Of a stretch of DNA of 32,476 bases, positions 8,274-17,467 are shown piece after piece (the stretch's first letter is position 1; each line of letters begins with the position of its first letter). The stretch comes from Candidatus Aerophobota bacterium. Lineage in GTDB: Bacteria > Aerophobota > Aerophobia > Aerophobales > AE-B3A. Location of the stretch: assembly GCA_030602545.1 (NCBI GenBank), contig JAUVZN010000003.1, forward strand, positions 1 through 32,476, in the 5' to 3' direction. A model generated the notes under the pieces. That model did no database searches and was not told the DNA's origin. It worked only from the letters and a program-made list of their open reading frames with translations. The translations under genes were made by a program, and so were the position numbers.

Positions 8274-8960
8274 ATGCAGTTTAAATTCCCAGAACCGCCA
8301 AGGCTCAATAGTCGTCCTAGTTTGAGTGAAGCTGTCTATGAGATGATCAAACAGAGGCTGCTCAGTCAGGAGCTGGAACCAGGCACCAAGCTCAGGGAGG
8401 AGGATTTAGCAGATCAGCTGGGGGTGAGTAGAACCCCGGTGAGAGAGGCCATAAACAAGTTGGAGCGGGAGGGATTGGTGGAGATCATTCCCCGCTATGG
8501 TACCTTCGTGGCCAATATCTCTTCCAAAGATGTGGAGGAAATTTACCAGATTAGAGAAGCTCTGGAGTGTCTCGCCATGAGATTAGCCCTGCCTCGATTC
8601 AGTAAGGATAAACTTCTAGAGCTGGCCCGTATTCATAAAGAGTGCAAAGTTCCTTTAGAGAAGGGGGACTTTGATCCCTTCATCAAAGTAGATACGGCCT
8701 TTCATGATCTTTTAGTAAAACTTTCAAAAAACAAGAGATTAATTCGTTTCATGAGTAATCTGAACAATCAGATAAGACTAGGAAGACTGGAGTCTTTCTC
8801 CGTACCGGGCCGAGCAAGAAAATCCCTTGCCGAACACCAGAGAATAATCGAGGCCATGCTGGAAGGGAATGCTGAGGAAGCAGAGAACCTGGTTAGACAG
8901 CACAGCCGAAACGTTAAAGATAATATACTCTATTTTCTGAAAATGAAAAAAAGAGACTAA
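8274..8960 (+). CDS. GntR family transcriptional regulator (FadR subfamily, FCD domain)
   Basis: wHTH LADQLGVSRTPVREAINKLEREGLV. FCD motifs D-TAFH and EHQRIIEAM...QH. Confidence 0.95.
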   Translation: MQFKFPEPPRLNSRPSLSEAVYEMIKQRLLSQELEPGTKLREEDLADQLGVSRTPVREAINKLEREGLVEIIPRYGTFVANISSKDVEEIYQIREALECLAMRLALPRFSKDKLLELARIHKECKVPLEKGDFDPFIKVDTAFHDLLVKLSKNKRLIRFMSNLNNQIRLGRLESFSVPGRARKSLAEHQRIIEAMLEGNAEEAENLVRQHSRNVKDNILYFLKMKKRD

Positions 8961-8982
8961 TTTTTGTAAAGGAGGTGTGATG

Positions 8983-10326
8983 ATGGTGAGGAAACTAAGC
9001 AAGGAGGAGCTTCTAGCCAAAGCTGAAGAGCCAAAAAAGTACGCTATGAAGTACCATCCCTTCTATCGTGGGAAAATCGGGGTGGAGCTTAAAGCTCCGG
9101 TAAGAGATTATAATGATTTTGCTATCTGGTACACTCCTGGCGTGGCTGAACCCTGTAAGGCCATCCATCAAGATACTTCAACTGTTTTTGAGTACACCAA
9201 TCGGGCAAATTTTGTGGCCATAGTTACTGATGGCACCAGAGTACTTGGTCTGGGTGATATTGGTCCAGAGGCTGCCCTACCGGTAATGGAGGGAAAGGGT
9301 ATGCTTTTTAAGTATCTGGGGGGTGTGGATGCTTTTCCCATATGCCTCGATACCAAAGATCCTGATGAGATAATCAGAGCCGTAAAATGGCTGGCTCCCA
9401 CCTTTGGGGGGATAAACCTGGAGGATATCGCCAAGCCCAAGTGTTTTTATATCCTGGATCAACTAGGAAAAGATCTGGATATTCCCGTGTGGCACGATGA
9501 TCAGCAGGGCACAGCCCTGGTTAATCTGGCGGGTTTAATGAGTGCTTTGAAGGTGGTGGGAAAGAGAATTGATGATATCTCCATAGCCTTTATAGGGGCA
9601 GGAGCGGCTAACATTAACTGCGTCAAATACATCATTCTGGCTGGAGCCGATCCAGATCGAATGATTATGGTGGACAGCAAGGGTATCCTCAATCCAGAAA
9701 GGACCGAACTCAAGGAAACCGAACCAACCAAGTGGGCACTTTGTGAGAAGACAAACAAAGAGGAGAGACGCGGCGGAATAAAGGAAGCTGTGAAGGGAGC
9801 CGATGTCTGCATCGCTCTTTCTCACTCAGGGCCGGGGGTCATTGAAAAAGAGTGGGTGGCTGACATGGCTGATGAGGCTATTCTTTTTGCCTGCGCCAAT
9901 CCTATCCCTGAGATATGGCCCTGGGAAGCAAGGGAGGCCGGAGTCAGGATTGTGGCTACCGGTCGTTCTGATTTCCCCAACCAGGTAAACAATTCTTTAG
10001 GTTTTCCCGCGGTTTTCAGAGGAGCTCTGGATGTAGGTGCTAAGATGATAACGGACGAGATGTGTATCACTGCCTCTCAGGCTATATCCGGGTATGCGGA
10101 AAAGAAAGGTCTTTCTGATGAATACATAATCCCTACTATGGGCGAGACAGAAATGTTTGTTGAGGAAGCGGTGGCGGTAGGATTGAAAGCCATAGAGCAG
10201 GGAGTGGCCAGAATGAAAAAGAGTGCTGAAGAGCTCAGAGAAAGCGCTTCCTCAGCCATAAAGATGGCTCAGGAAACGGTGAGGCTGCGGATGGATAAGG
10301 GGTTTATCCAGCCTCCTCCAAAGTAA
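8983..10326 (+). CDS. NAD(P)-dependent malic enzyme
   Basis: YTPGVAEPC, TDGTRVLGLGDIG, VMEGK, INLEDI, HDDQQGTA, GAGAA and TGRSDFPNQVNN. Start could be 8977, 8980 or 8983; 8983 has the best spacing from GGAGGT. Confidence 0.95.
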   Translation: MVRKLSKEELLAKAEEPKKYAMKYHPFYRGKIGVELKAPVRDYNDFAIWYTPGVAEPCKAIHQDTSTVFEYTNRANFVAIVTDGTRVLGLGDIGPEAALPVMEGKGMLFKYLGGVDAFPICLDTKDPDEIIRAVKWLAPTFGGINLEDIAKPKCFYILDQLGKDLDIPVWHDDQQGTALVNLAGLMSALKVVGKRIDDISIAFIGAGAANINCVKYIILAGADPDRMIMVDSKGILNPERTELKETEPTKWALCEKTNKEERRGGIKEAVKGADVCIALSHSGPGVIEKEWVADMADEAILFACANPIPEIWPWEAREAGVRIVATGRSDFPNQVNNSLGFPAVFRGALDVGAKMITDEMCITASQAISGYAEKKGLSDEYIIPTMGETEMFVEEAVAVGLKAIEQGVARMKKSAEELRESASSAIKMAQETVRLRMDKGFIQPPPK

Positions 10327-10371
10327 ACCCTCAAGGTGAGAGTCCCGGAACTATAGGACAAGGAGCCATAA

Positions 10372-11217
10372 ATGAAACAAATTCATGTGGACAGCATTAT
10401 AGAGGTGGTTCGAAATATTTGTCAGGAGGCTAATTTCTATTTAGGGGATGATGTTCAGAGGGCCCTTGAAGAGTCCCTTAAGATAGAGGAATCACCCACG
10501 GGAAAGACCATCATAGAGCAAATTCTGGAAAATGCTGAGATTGCCCGCAAACACCGCGTCCCCATGTGTCAGGATACCGGCGCAGCCGTTTTTTTCGTGG
10601 AGCTAGGGCAGGAGGCTCAAGTAGTAGGGGGAGATTTTACTGAAGCTATAAATGAAGGAGTGCGTCAGGGATACAGGGAAGGGTATCTGCGTAAATCTAT
10701 GGTCAATGATCCCCTCATGGATCGAAAAAACACTCAGGACAATACTCCTGCCATTATTCATACCCGGGTAGTTCCTGGCGACAAATTAAAGATAACCTTT
10801 GCTCCCAAGGGTGGTGGGTCGGAGAATATGAGCGTTGTCAGGATGATGAAGCCTGCTGATGGGGTTGAGGGAGTAAGGGATTTTGTGGTGGACTGGGTAA
10901 AAAGATCTGGAGGAAATCCCTGCCCCCCTATTATTGTGGGAGTGGGCATTGGTGGAACTTTTGAGAAATGTGCTGAGCTTGCTAAAATATCCCTCCTCAG
11001 GGAGTTGGGCAGGCTTAATGCGGATCCTCGCTTTGCCTCTCTGGAGAAGCAGCTCAAAGAGGAGATAAATGATTTGGGGATTGGACCCATGGGATTGGGA
11101 GGAAGAGTAACTGCTCTGGCTGTTCACATAGAAACCCATCCCTGTCATATTGCTTCTCTTCCGGTAGCGGTGAATATTCAGTGCCATGCAGCAAGACATA
11201 AGAGCGTCACTCTTTAA
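10372..11217 (+). CDS. Class I Fe-S fumarate hydratase, alpha subunit (fumarase/tartrate dehydratase family)
   Basis: PMCQDTG, KGGGSEN, GNPCPP, GIGPMGLGG and CHIASLPVAVNIQCHA. Confidence 0.92.
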   Translation: MKQIHVDSIIEVVRNICQEANFYLGDDVQRALEESLKIEESPTGKTIIEQILENAEIARKHRVPMCQDTGAAVFFVELGQEAQVVGGDFTEAINEGVRQGYREGYLRKSMVNDPLMDRKNTQDNTPAIIHTRVVPGDKLKITFAPKGGGSENMSVVRMMKPADGVEGVRDFVVDWVKRSGGNPCPPIIVGVGIGGTFEKCAELAKISLLRELGRLNADPRFASLEKQLKEEINDLGIGPMGLGGRVTALAVHIETHPCHIASLPVAVNIQCHAARHKSVTL

Positions 11218-11262
11218 GTATATCAAAAAGTGAGGGGGATTCAGAGCAAAGGAGGTTCATTC

Positions 11263-11823
11263 ATGTCAAGGAAAGTTAGACTAAACACTCCCCTGAAGGA
11301 AGAAAAGGTAACCAGTCTCAGAGCTGGTGATGAAGTTCTTCTTAACGGCACCATTTATACGGGTAGAGACGCTGCCCACCAGAGACTGCTTGATTTATTG
11401 GAAAAGGGGAAGGAGCTACCCTTTGATGTAAAAGGACAAATCATCTACTATGTGGGTCCCTCTCCTGCCAAGCCCGGCACTCCTATAGGTTCCTGTGGTC
11501 CTACTACCAGCTATCGGATGGATTCTTACGCTCCTGCTTTGATGAAAATTGGACTCAAGGGAATGATTGGTAAAGGCCCTCGGGGGAAAGAAGTCGTAGA
11601 GGCCATGAAGAGATACAAGGCGGTTTATTTTGCTGCGGTGGGAGGTGCAGCCGCCCTTATAGCCAGATCGGTTAAGTCTTCCCGGATTGTAGCCTATGAA
11701 AATCTGGGAACGGAGGCTATCAGGGAGCTTGAAGTTGAGGATTTTCCGGTAATTGTGGCCAATGATGTCCTGGGAAACGACCTCTATGAGGAGGGAATAA
11801 GGAAATACAGTCGGAGGAAATAG
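11263..11823 (+). CDS. Class I Fe-S fumarate hydratase, beta subunit
   Basis: GRDAAH, GPTTSYRMD, MIGKG and GGAAAL. ATG at 11263 follows AAGGAGG. Confidence 0.92.
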   Translation: MSRKVRLNTPLKEEKVTSLRAGDEVLLNGTIYTGRDAAHQRLLDLLEKGKELPFDVKGQIIYYVGPSPAKPGTPIGSCGPTTSYRMDSYAPALMKIGLKGMIGKGPRGKEVVEAMKRYKAVYFAAVGGAAALIARSVKSSRIVAYENLGTEAIRELEVEDFPVIVANDVLGNDLYEEGIRKYSRRK

Positions 11824-11838
11824 TAAAAGGAGGTAGAA

Positions 11839-12267
11839 ATGGCCAAGGTGGAAGAATATGATATGCCTGATGAGCTTTACTACCACAAGGAGTTTATGTG
11901 GGTAAGGGTAGAAGGTGAGGAGGCAGTGGTTGGTTTAAATGATTTCTCCCAGAAGCTAGCCGGTGAGATAAGTTATATTGAAATGCCTGAAGAGGGAGAT
12001 GAGGTCAAGCAGGACGAAGCCATAGGCTCTTATGAAACGGGCAAGTGGTTGGGTAAACTCTATGCACCTGTCTCCGGAGAGGTAACGGCTATGAATGAAG
12101 AAGTTGAGGATGAGCCAACTCTGGTAAATAAGGATCCTTATGGAGAAGGGTGGCTTTTTAAAATAAAGATGGGTGACCCTGCCCAGCTCGATAATTTAAT
12201 GAAGGGAGAAGAAGCGATTGAGTGGTTAAGAGGAGAAATAGCCAAACACGCCAAGGAAAAAAAATAA
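11839..12267 (+). CDS. gcvH: Glycine cleavage H-like lipoyl carrier protein (LbpA-like)
   Basis: H-protein fold motifs YYHKEFMWVR, VGLNDFSQKLAGEI, APVSGEV and VNKDPYGEGW. The lipoyl-Lys is in ETGKW. Confidence 0.9.
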   Translation: MAKVEEYDMPDELYYHKEFMWVRVEGEEAVVGLNDFSQKLAGEISYIEMPEEGDEVKQDEAIGSYETGKWLGKLYAPVSGEVTAMNEEVEDEPTLVNKDPYGEGWLFKIKMGDPAQLDNLMKGEEAIEWLRGEIAKHAKEKK

Positions 12268-13316
12268 TGTATGTATTTAATCTGGATAAACTTTCTGGGC
12301 AGCAATCTATGCTTATCTTCCATCTTCTTGCACGAATGGGTGTAGAAGCTTTAGTATTAGTTTCTCCAAAAATTCCTCTGGCAAGTATAGGATATTTCCA
12401 GAATGCTGAGGAAGAAATGGATCTCCGATTTTGCAAAAAGACGAATATTCCTGTAATGAGGCGAGAGGTGGGAGGAGGGGCTACATATTTAGATGAAAAT
12501 CAGATATTTCATCAAGTAATCATAAAGAGAGATAATCCCATATTTTCCCGAAACATAAGTGAAAATTATGAGAGATTTTCTCTTCCAGTAATAGAGACTT
12601 ACAGAGAATTTGGAATTGAGACAGGTTTTCATCCTGTAAACGATATTCTTACTAAAGAGGGAAGAAAGATTGATGGTGAAGGAAGTGGAGATATTGGAGA
12701 TTGCTTTGTTTGGGTGGGAGGAATTCTCTTAGATTTTGATTACCAAGTGATGAGCAGAGTATTAAAAGTCCCTGAGGAAAAATTTAGAGATAAGATATAT
12801 AAAAGCATGAAAGAGAATTTAACTACGATGAAGAAGGAGCTGGGGGAGATTCCTTCACGGGAAGAAATTAAATCTGTTTTAATTGAAAAATTTGAAAAGA
12901 TTTTTGGAAAGCTTGAGCCAGCGAATCTTACTTCCACAATGATTAGAGGAATGGAGAAGCTTGAAAAAGAGTTTACTTCCCCGGCTTTTCTTCTTAAGAA
13001 AACGCCGAGAATCTCCAAGGGTGTAAAAATAAGGGAAGGAGTAGAGGTTATTTACGGAATCCATAAGGCAAAAGGTGGATTGATAAGAGCTGCTCAGGAA
13101 GTAGAAAAAGAGATAATAAATGAGATTAGTCTCTCCGGTGATTTCACATTTTATCCAAAAGATTATCTTGAAGGATTGGAGGGAAAACTTAAAGGAAATG
13201 TTCGGGAAAAAAGTCTGTTAAACTCTAAAATAGAGGAATTCTATGATAAGGAGAAAGTTCAATCTCCCGGTGTTGAATCGGAAGACTTTTTAAAGGCAAT
13301 GAAAGTGGAGGAATAG
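12267..13316 (+). CDS. lplA: Lipoate-protein ligase A family protein (catalytic plus C-terminal domain)
   Basis: RREVGGGATYLD, PVNDI, RKIDGEG and C-terminal KAKGGLIR...SGDF. The ATG overlaps the gcvH stop (TAATG). Confidence 0.9.
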   Translation: MYVFNLDKLSGQQSMLIFHLLARMGVEALVLVSPKIPLASIGYFQNAEEEMDLRFCKKTNIPVMRREVGGGATYLDENQIFHQVIIKRDNPIFSRNISENYERFSLPVIETYREFGIETGFHPVNDILTKEGRKIDGEGSGDIGDCFVWVGGILLDFDYQVMSRVLKVPEEKFRDKIYKSMKENLTTMKKELGEIPSREEIKSVLIEKFEKIFGKLEPANLTSTMIRGMEKLEKEFTSPAFLLKKTPRISKGVKIREGVEVIYGIHKAKGGLIRAAQEVEKEIINEISLSGDFTFYPKDYLEGLEGKLKGNVREKSLLNSKIEEFYDKEKVQSPGVESEDFLKAMKVEE

Positions 13317-13318
13317 AA

Positions 13319-13726
13319 ATGAGGACGGAAATTTCTATTAAGAACACCAAAAGTAAGTTCTTAGGTAAGGTAGAAGAGTTGAGTGGAGAGAGCATTTACG
13401 CTTGTTATCAGTGCGGGAAATGTTCTGCAGGTTGTCCCAGTATATCAGAGATGGATATATCTCCCAGTGAGATCATCCGCCTGGTTCAACTAGGTGAGGA
13501 AAAAGAGGTTTTAAATTCTAAAACAATCTGGATTTGCGCTTCCTGTTTTACCTGTGTTACCCGTTGTCCTAAAGGGGTAGATTTAGCAAAAATTATGGAA
13601 TCTCTCAGGCAGATTAATCTGAGGAAAAATGTTGATTATGTTAGTCCTTTATCTATTCCCAAGGAGATACTTTCTCAAGTTCCTCAAATAGCTTTAGTTA
13701 GCAGTCTTCGTAAATTCAGTGCTTGA
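13319..13726 (+). CDS. hdrC: Heterodisulfide reductase subunit C-like (short, 2x[4Fe-4S])
   Basis: CYQCGKCSAGCP and IWICASCFTCVTRCP; adjacent to hdrB. Confidence 0.88.
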   Translation: MRTEISIKNTKSKFLGKVEELSGESIYACYQCGKCSAGCPSISEMDISPSEIIRLVQLGEEKEVLNSKTIWICASCFTCVTRCPKGVDLAKIMESLRQINLRKNVDYVSPLSIPKEILSQVPQIALVSSLRKFSA

Positions 13727-13748
13727 TAATATTATGAAAGAGGCAAAG

Positions 13749-14636
13749 GTGAAGATTTCTTATTTTCCAGGATGTACCCTAAAGACGATGGCAAAAGATT
13801 TTGAAGATTCAGCCTTAGCTTCTGCATCTTGTTTAGGTATAGAGCTGGTGGAACTTCCTCGATGGAACTGTTGTGGAACAGTCTATTCTTTAACTTCTGA
13901 TGACTTAATCCATCAAGTGGCTCCTATTCGTAATCTTATTCGGGTTAAAGAACAGGAAGATAACCGGGTGGTGACTCTCTGTTCTATGTGTTATCATACT
14001 TTAAAGAGAGCAAATAAATTAGTAAGAGAAGATAGAGAGAAACTGGATAAGCTTAATAATCTTATGTACAGAGAAGATGTGAAATATGATGGAGAAATTG
14101 AAGTTTTACATCTTTTGGAGATTTTAAAAAATGAGGTAAGTTTTAATCAGATTGCCAAGAAGGTAAAGATACCTCTTAAAGAACTAAAGGTAGCTCCTTA
14201 TTATGGTTGCCTGCTCCTGCGCCCTCCAGAGATAGGGTTAGATGATGCTGAAAATCCCACTATTTTAAAGGATTTTCTGGAATCTATTGGGGCAGAAGTG
14301 ATTGATTATCCCTATCAAACAGAATGTTGTGCTTCCTATCATACTGTGGTAAATGTAGATTTGGTTGTTGAACGGGCTCACGATATTTTGAGCTCAGCTA
14401 TTAATCAGGGAGCAGAAGCAATTGTTTTAAGTTGTCCCTTATGCGGATTTAATTTGGATAATCGACAAAAAGAGATAAAAGAGAAGTTTTCAGACTTTAA
14501 AGGTATACCGGTATTCTATTTTACTCAACTTTTGGCTCTTTCTTTAGGGCTTGATGAGAAGGTTTGTGGATTTGAATTGAATTTTGTGGACCCTCGCCAT
14601 TTGTTAAAAAGTAAACATTTAACAGGTAGAGTATAA
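13749..14636 (+). CDS. hdrB: Heterodisulfide reductase subunit B-like (two CCG domains)
   Basis: YFPGC, WNCCG, CSMC, YYGC, ECCA and CPLC. Start is uncertain (13734 ATG or 13749 GTG). Confidence 0.92.
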   Translation: MKISYFPGCTLKTMAKDFEDSALASASCLGIELVELPRWNCCGTVYSLTSDDLIHQVAPIRNLIRVKEQEDNRVVTLCSMCYHTLKRANKLVREDREKLDKLNNLMYREDVKYDGEIEVLHLLEILKNEVSFNQIAKKVKIPLKELKVAPYYGCLLLRPPEIGLDDAENPTILKDFLESIGAEVIDYPYQTECCASYHTVVNVDLVVERAHDILSSAINQGAEAIVLSCPLCGFNLDNRQKEIKEKFSDFKGIPVFYFTQLLALSLGLDEKVCGFELNFVDPRHLLKSKHLTGRV

Positions 14637-14637
14637 A

Positions 14638-16593
14638 ATGAGTAGAATAGGTGTTTTTGTTTGTCACTGTGGTTTAAATATTGCAGGTACAGTAGATGTA
14701 GAAAAAGCAGCCAGGCTTATGAGTAATTACCCGGGTGTTATATATGCTAGTGATTATGTATATATGTGTTCCGATCCCGGTCAAGATATGATAAAAGAGG
14801 TGGTCAAAGAGAAAAAGCTTGATGGTATAGTGGTAGCTGCTTGCTCACCCACAATGCACGAGATCACCTTTCGTAATACAGTAGCTTCCATAGGACTAAA
14901 TCCTTATAGATGTGAGATTGCCAATATAAGAGAACAATGTAGCTGGGTGCACCAAGATAATAAAGAGATAGCTACGGAAAAAGCAGTACAGATTATTGAG
15001 GCTACTGTAGAAAAATTGAAGTTAGACAAATCTCTCGTTCCTCTAAGTATTCCCATTACTAAAAAAGCCCTGGTCATCGGAGGAGGAATAGCTGGTATTC
15101 AAGCTTCTTTAGATATTGCTGATAGTGGATATGAGGTTGTTTTAGTAGAGAAGAATCAGTCGATTGGGGGACACATGCTTCAACTTTCAGAAACTTTTCC
15201 TACCCTCGATTGCCCTCAATGTATTGCTACTCCAAGGATGGTCCAGGTAGGTCAGCATCCAAAGATAAAACTTCTTGCCTATTCGGAGGTGGAAGAAGTC
15301 TCCGGTTATGTGGGGAATTTCAAAGTAAAAATTAGGAGAAAAGTTTCTTTTGTTGATTGGGATAAATGCACGGGTTGCGGTCTCTGTATAGAAAAATGTC
15401 CGGTAAAGGTTCTTTCGGAATTTGATGAGTTTTTAGCTAAAAGGAAAGCTATTTACACTCTATTTCCCCAGGCTGTTCCTAATAAACCTGTGATTGATAG
15501 TAATAATTGCCTTTATTTCACTAAAGGAAAATGTAGGGCCTGTGAGAAGAATTGCTCAGTAAAAGCTATCAATTTTGAACAAAAAGACTCTTTCATTGAA
15601 GAGGATGTAGGGGCAATCATTGTAGCCACGGGTTATGATCTTATGGATAAAGCAGAAATTGGTGAATATGGATATGGAAAATATGAGGATGTGATAGATG
15701 GTTTACAGGCAGAAAGAGTCCTTGCTCCTGCTGGTCCTACCAATGGTATACCTTATAGACCCTCCGATGGTAAGATTCCTAAAGAAGTGGTGTTTATTCA
15801 ATGTGTAGGTTCACGAGACCCGGAGCATTATTATCCATATTGTTCAAAGGTATGTTGTATGTATACTATTAAACAGGCTATGCTTTATAAACACGCTGTT
15901 CCTGATGGTCAGGCTTATGTATTTTATATGGATATTCGGTGCAACGGAAAGGGATATGAGGAATTTCTTCAGAGAGGAATAGAAGAAGACAGGATTCTTT
16001 ATATAAGAGGTAGGGTTTCCAAAGTATTTAAGGATGGAGATAAAATCGAAGTTTGGGGAGCGGATACACTTACGGGAAGGAAGATTGAAATTTCGGCGGA
16101 TATGGTTGTTCTGGCTATGGCTATGGTTCCCAGCCAAGGGGTAAAGAAATTAGCTGAGAAATTGAGACTGGCTACAGATGAGTATGGTTTCTTAACAGAA
16201 GCTCATCCTAAGCTTCGTCCGGTTGAAAGTCTTACTGCCGGCTGTTTTCTTGCTGGAGCTGCTCAGGCACCAAAAGATATTCCTGAAGCTGTGGCTCAGG
16301 CATCCGGGGCGGCAAGTAAGGTGCTCAGTCTTTTTTCTCAAGATGTATTTTACCACGAGCCGATTATAGGCAGTGTTGATGAGGAAGTCTGTGTAGGATG
16401 TGGCAACTGTGTAAATATTTGTGCTTATGATGCCGTTGAACTTGATTTAGTAACCAAGGTAGCCAAGGTTAATCCAGCTCTTTGTGAAGGGTGCGGTGCC
16501 TGTAGTGCTGCCTGTCCTTCGGGAGCAATGCAACAGAACAATTTTGGCAAAAGGCAGATATTTGAAATGGTAGATGCTTTTACTAAAGGTTAA
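14638..16593 (+). CDS. hdrA: Heterodisulfide reductase subunit A (canonical length)
   Basis: RIGVFVCHCG, NIREQCSWVH, GGGIAG, TFPTLDC, inserted ferredoxin, QCVGSRD...CSKVCCMYTIK, EAHPKLRPV and C-terminal 2x[4Fe-4S]. Confidence 0.95.
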   Translation: MSRIGVFVCHCGLNIAGTVDVEKAARLMSNYPGVIYASDYVYMCSDPGQDMIKEVVKEKKLDGIVVAACSPTMHEITFRNTVASIGLNPYRCEIANIREQCSWVHQDNKEIATEKAVQIIEATVEKLKLDKSLVPLSIPITKKALVIGGGIAGIQASLDIADSGYEVVLVEKNQSIGGHMLQLSETFPTLDCPQCIATPRMVQVGQHPKIKLLAYSEVEEVSGYVGNFKVKIRRKVSFVDWDKCTGCGLCIEKCPVKVLSEFDEFLAKRKAIYTLFPQAVPNKPVIDSNNCLYFTKGKCRACEKNCSVKAINFEQKDSFIEEDVGAIIVATGYDLMDKAEIGEYGYGKYEDVIDGLQAERVLAPAGPTNGIPYRPSDGKIPKEVVFIQCVGSRDPEHYYPYCSKVCCMYTIKQAMLYKHAVPDGQAYVFYMDIRCNGKGYEEFLQRGIEEDRILYIRGRVSKVFKDGDKIEVWGADTLTGRKIEISADMVVLAMAMVPSQGVKKLAEKLRLATDEYGFLTEAHPKLRPVESLTAGCFLAGAAQAPKDIPEAVAQASGAASKVLSLFSQDVFYHEPIIGSVDEEVCVGCGNCVNICAYDAVELDLVTKVAKVNPALCEGCGACSAACPSGAMQQNNFGKRQIFEMVDAFTKG

Positions 16594-16691
16594 TAAAAAG
16601 TTATCTTTGCTTTAAAACAGATAAATTATCCAAATTTAGATTTTCATGTTATCTTTATGATAAAATTTAATCATAGCCAGTAGGGGGAGAT

Positions 16692-17453
16692 ATGAAGAAA
16701 GAAAAGAGTATTATGGAAAAAATTGCTGAGGCAAATAAGACAGTTACCAAAGGGGTGGATGAGAAAGAGGTAAAACACTGGGTAACAATTTACATAATGG
16801 GAAAACCATGCAGGGTTCCAGCGGCTCTGACAATTATGCAGGCTATGGAGTATGCCGGGTATAAATTTATCAGGTCTTGCGGGTGCAGAGCAGGATTTTG
16901 TGGAGCTTGTTCCACTGTGTACAGAGAGAAAGGAGAATATAAACTCCAGACCGCTATGGCCTGTCAAACAAGAGTTGAGGATGGGATGTATCTGGTTCAA
17001 ATTCCATTTGCTCCAGCAGAAAAAGCTATTTATGATATTAATGAAGAAGAATATGATATATCCGTATTTTTCAAATATTACCCGGAAGTTGCCAGATGTG
17101 TCTCTTGTAATACTTGTACAAAATCATGCCCTCAGGATCTTGAAGTAATGGATTATGTTCAAGCAGCAATCAAAGGTGATTTTGCTCAAGTGGCTGAGGG
17201 CTCCTTTGAATGTATTCAATGTGGACTTTGTGCCATGAGGTGCCCTGCTGATATTGTGCAATATCATCTGGCTCAATTAGCAAGAAGAATGTATGGAAGA
17301 TATGGCTCTCTTGAAGAAAAAAATGTTAAAAAAAGGGTCGAGGAAATAAAAAAAGGTAAGTATGACAAGGAGTTTGATAGAGTTATGAGTCTTGGTGGCA
17401 CCGAGTTTAAGAATCTTTATACAGAACAACAAAGGACACGTGAAGTTTACTAA
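16692..17453 (+). CDS. Fumarate reductase/succinate dehydrogenase iron-sulfur subunit-like protein
   Basis: [2Fe-2S] motif CGCRAGFCGAC...AC plus CVSCNTCTKSCP and CIQCGLCAMRCP; immediately upstream of the flavoprotein. Confidence 0.8.
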   Translation: MKKEKSIMEKIAEANKTVTKGVDEKEVKHWVTIYIMGKPCRVPAALTIMQAMEYAGYKFIRSCGCRAGFCGACSTVYREKGEYKLQTAMACQTRVEDGMYLVQIPFAPAEKAIYDINEEEYDISVFFKYYPEVARCVSCNTCTKSCPQDLEVMDYVQAAIKGDFAQVAEGSFECIQCGLCAMRCPADIVQYHLAQLARRMYGRYGSLEEKNVKKRVEEIKKGKYDKEFDRVMSLGGTEFKNLYTEQQRTREVY

Positions 17454-17467
17454 AAAGGAGGAAAGAT

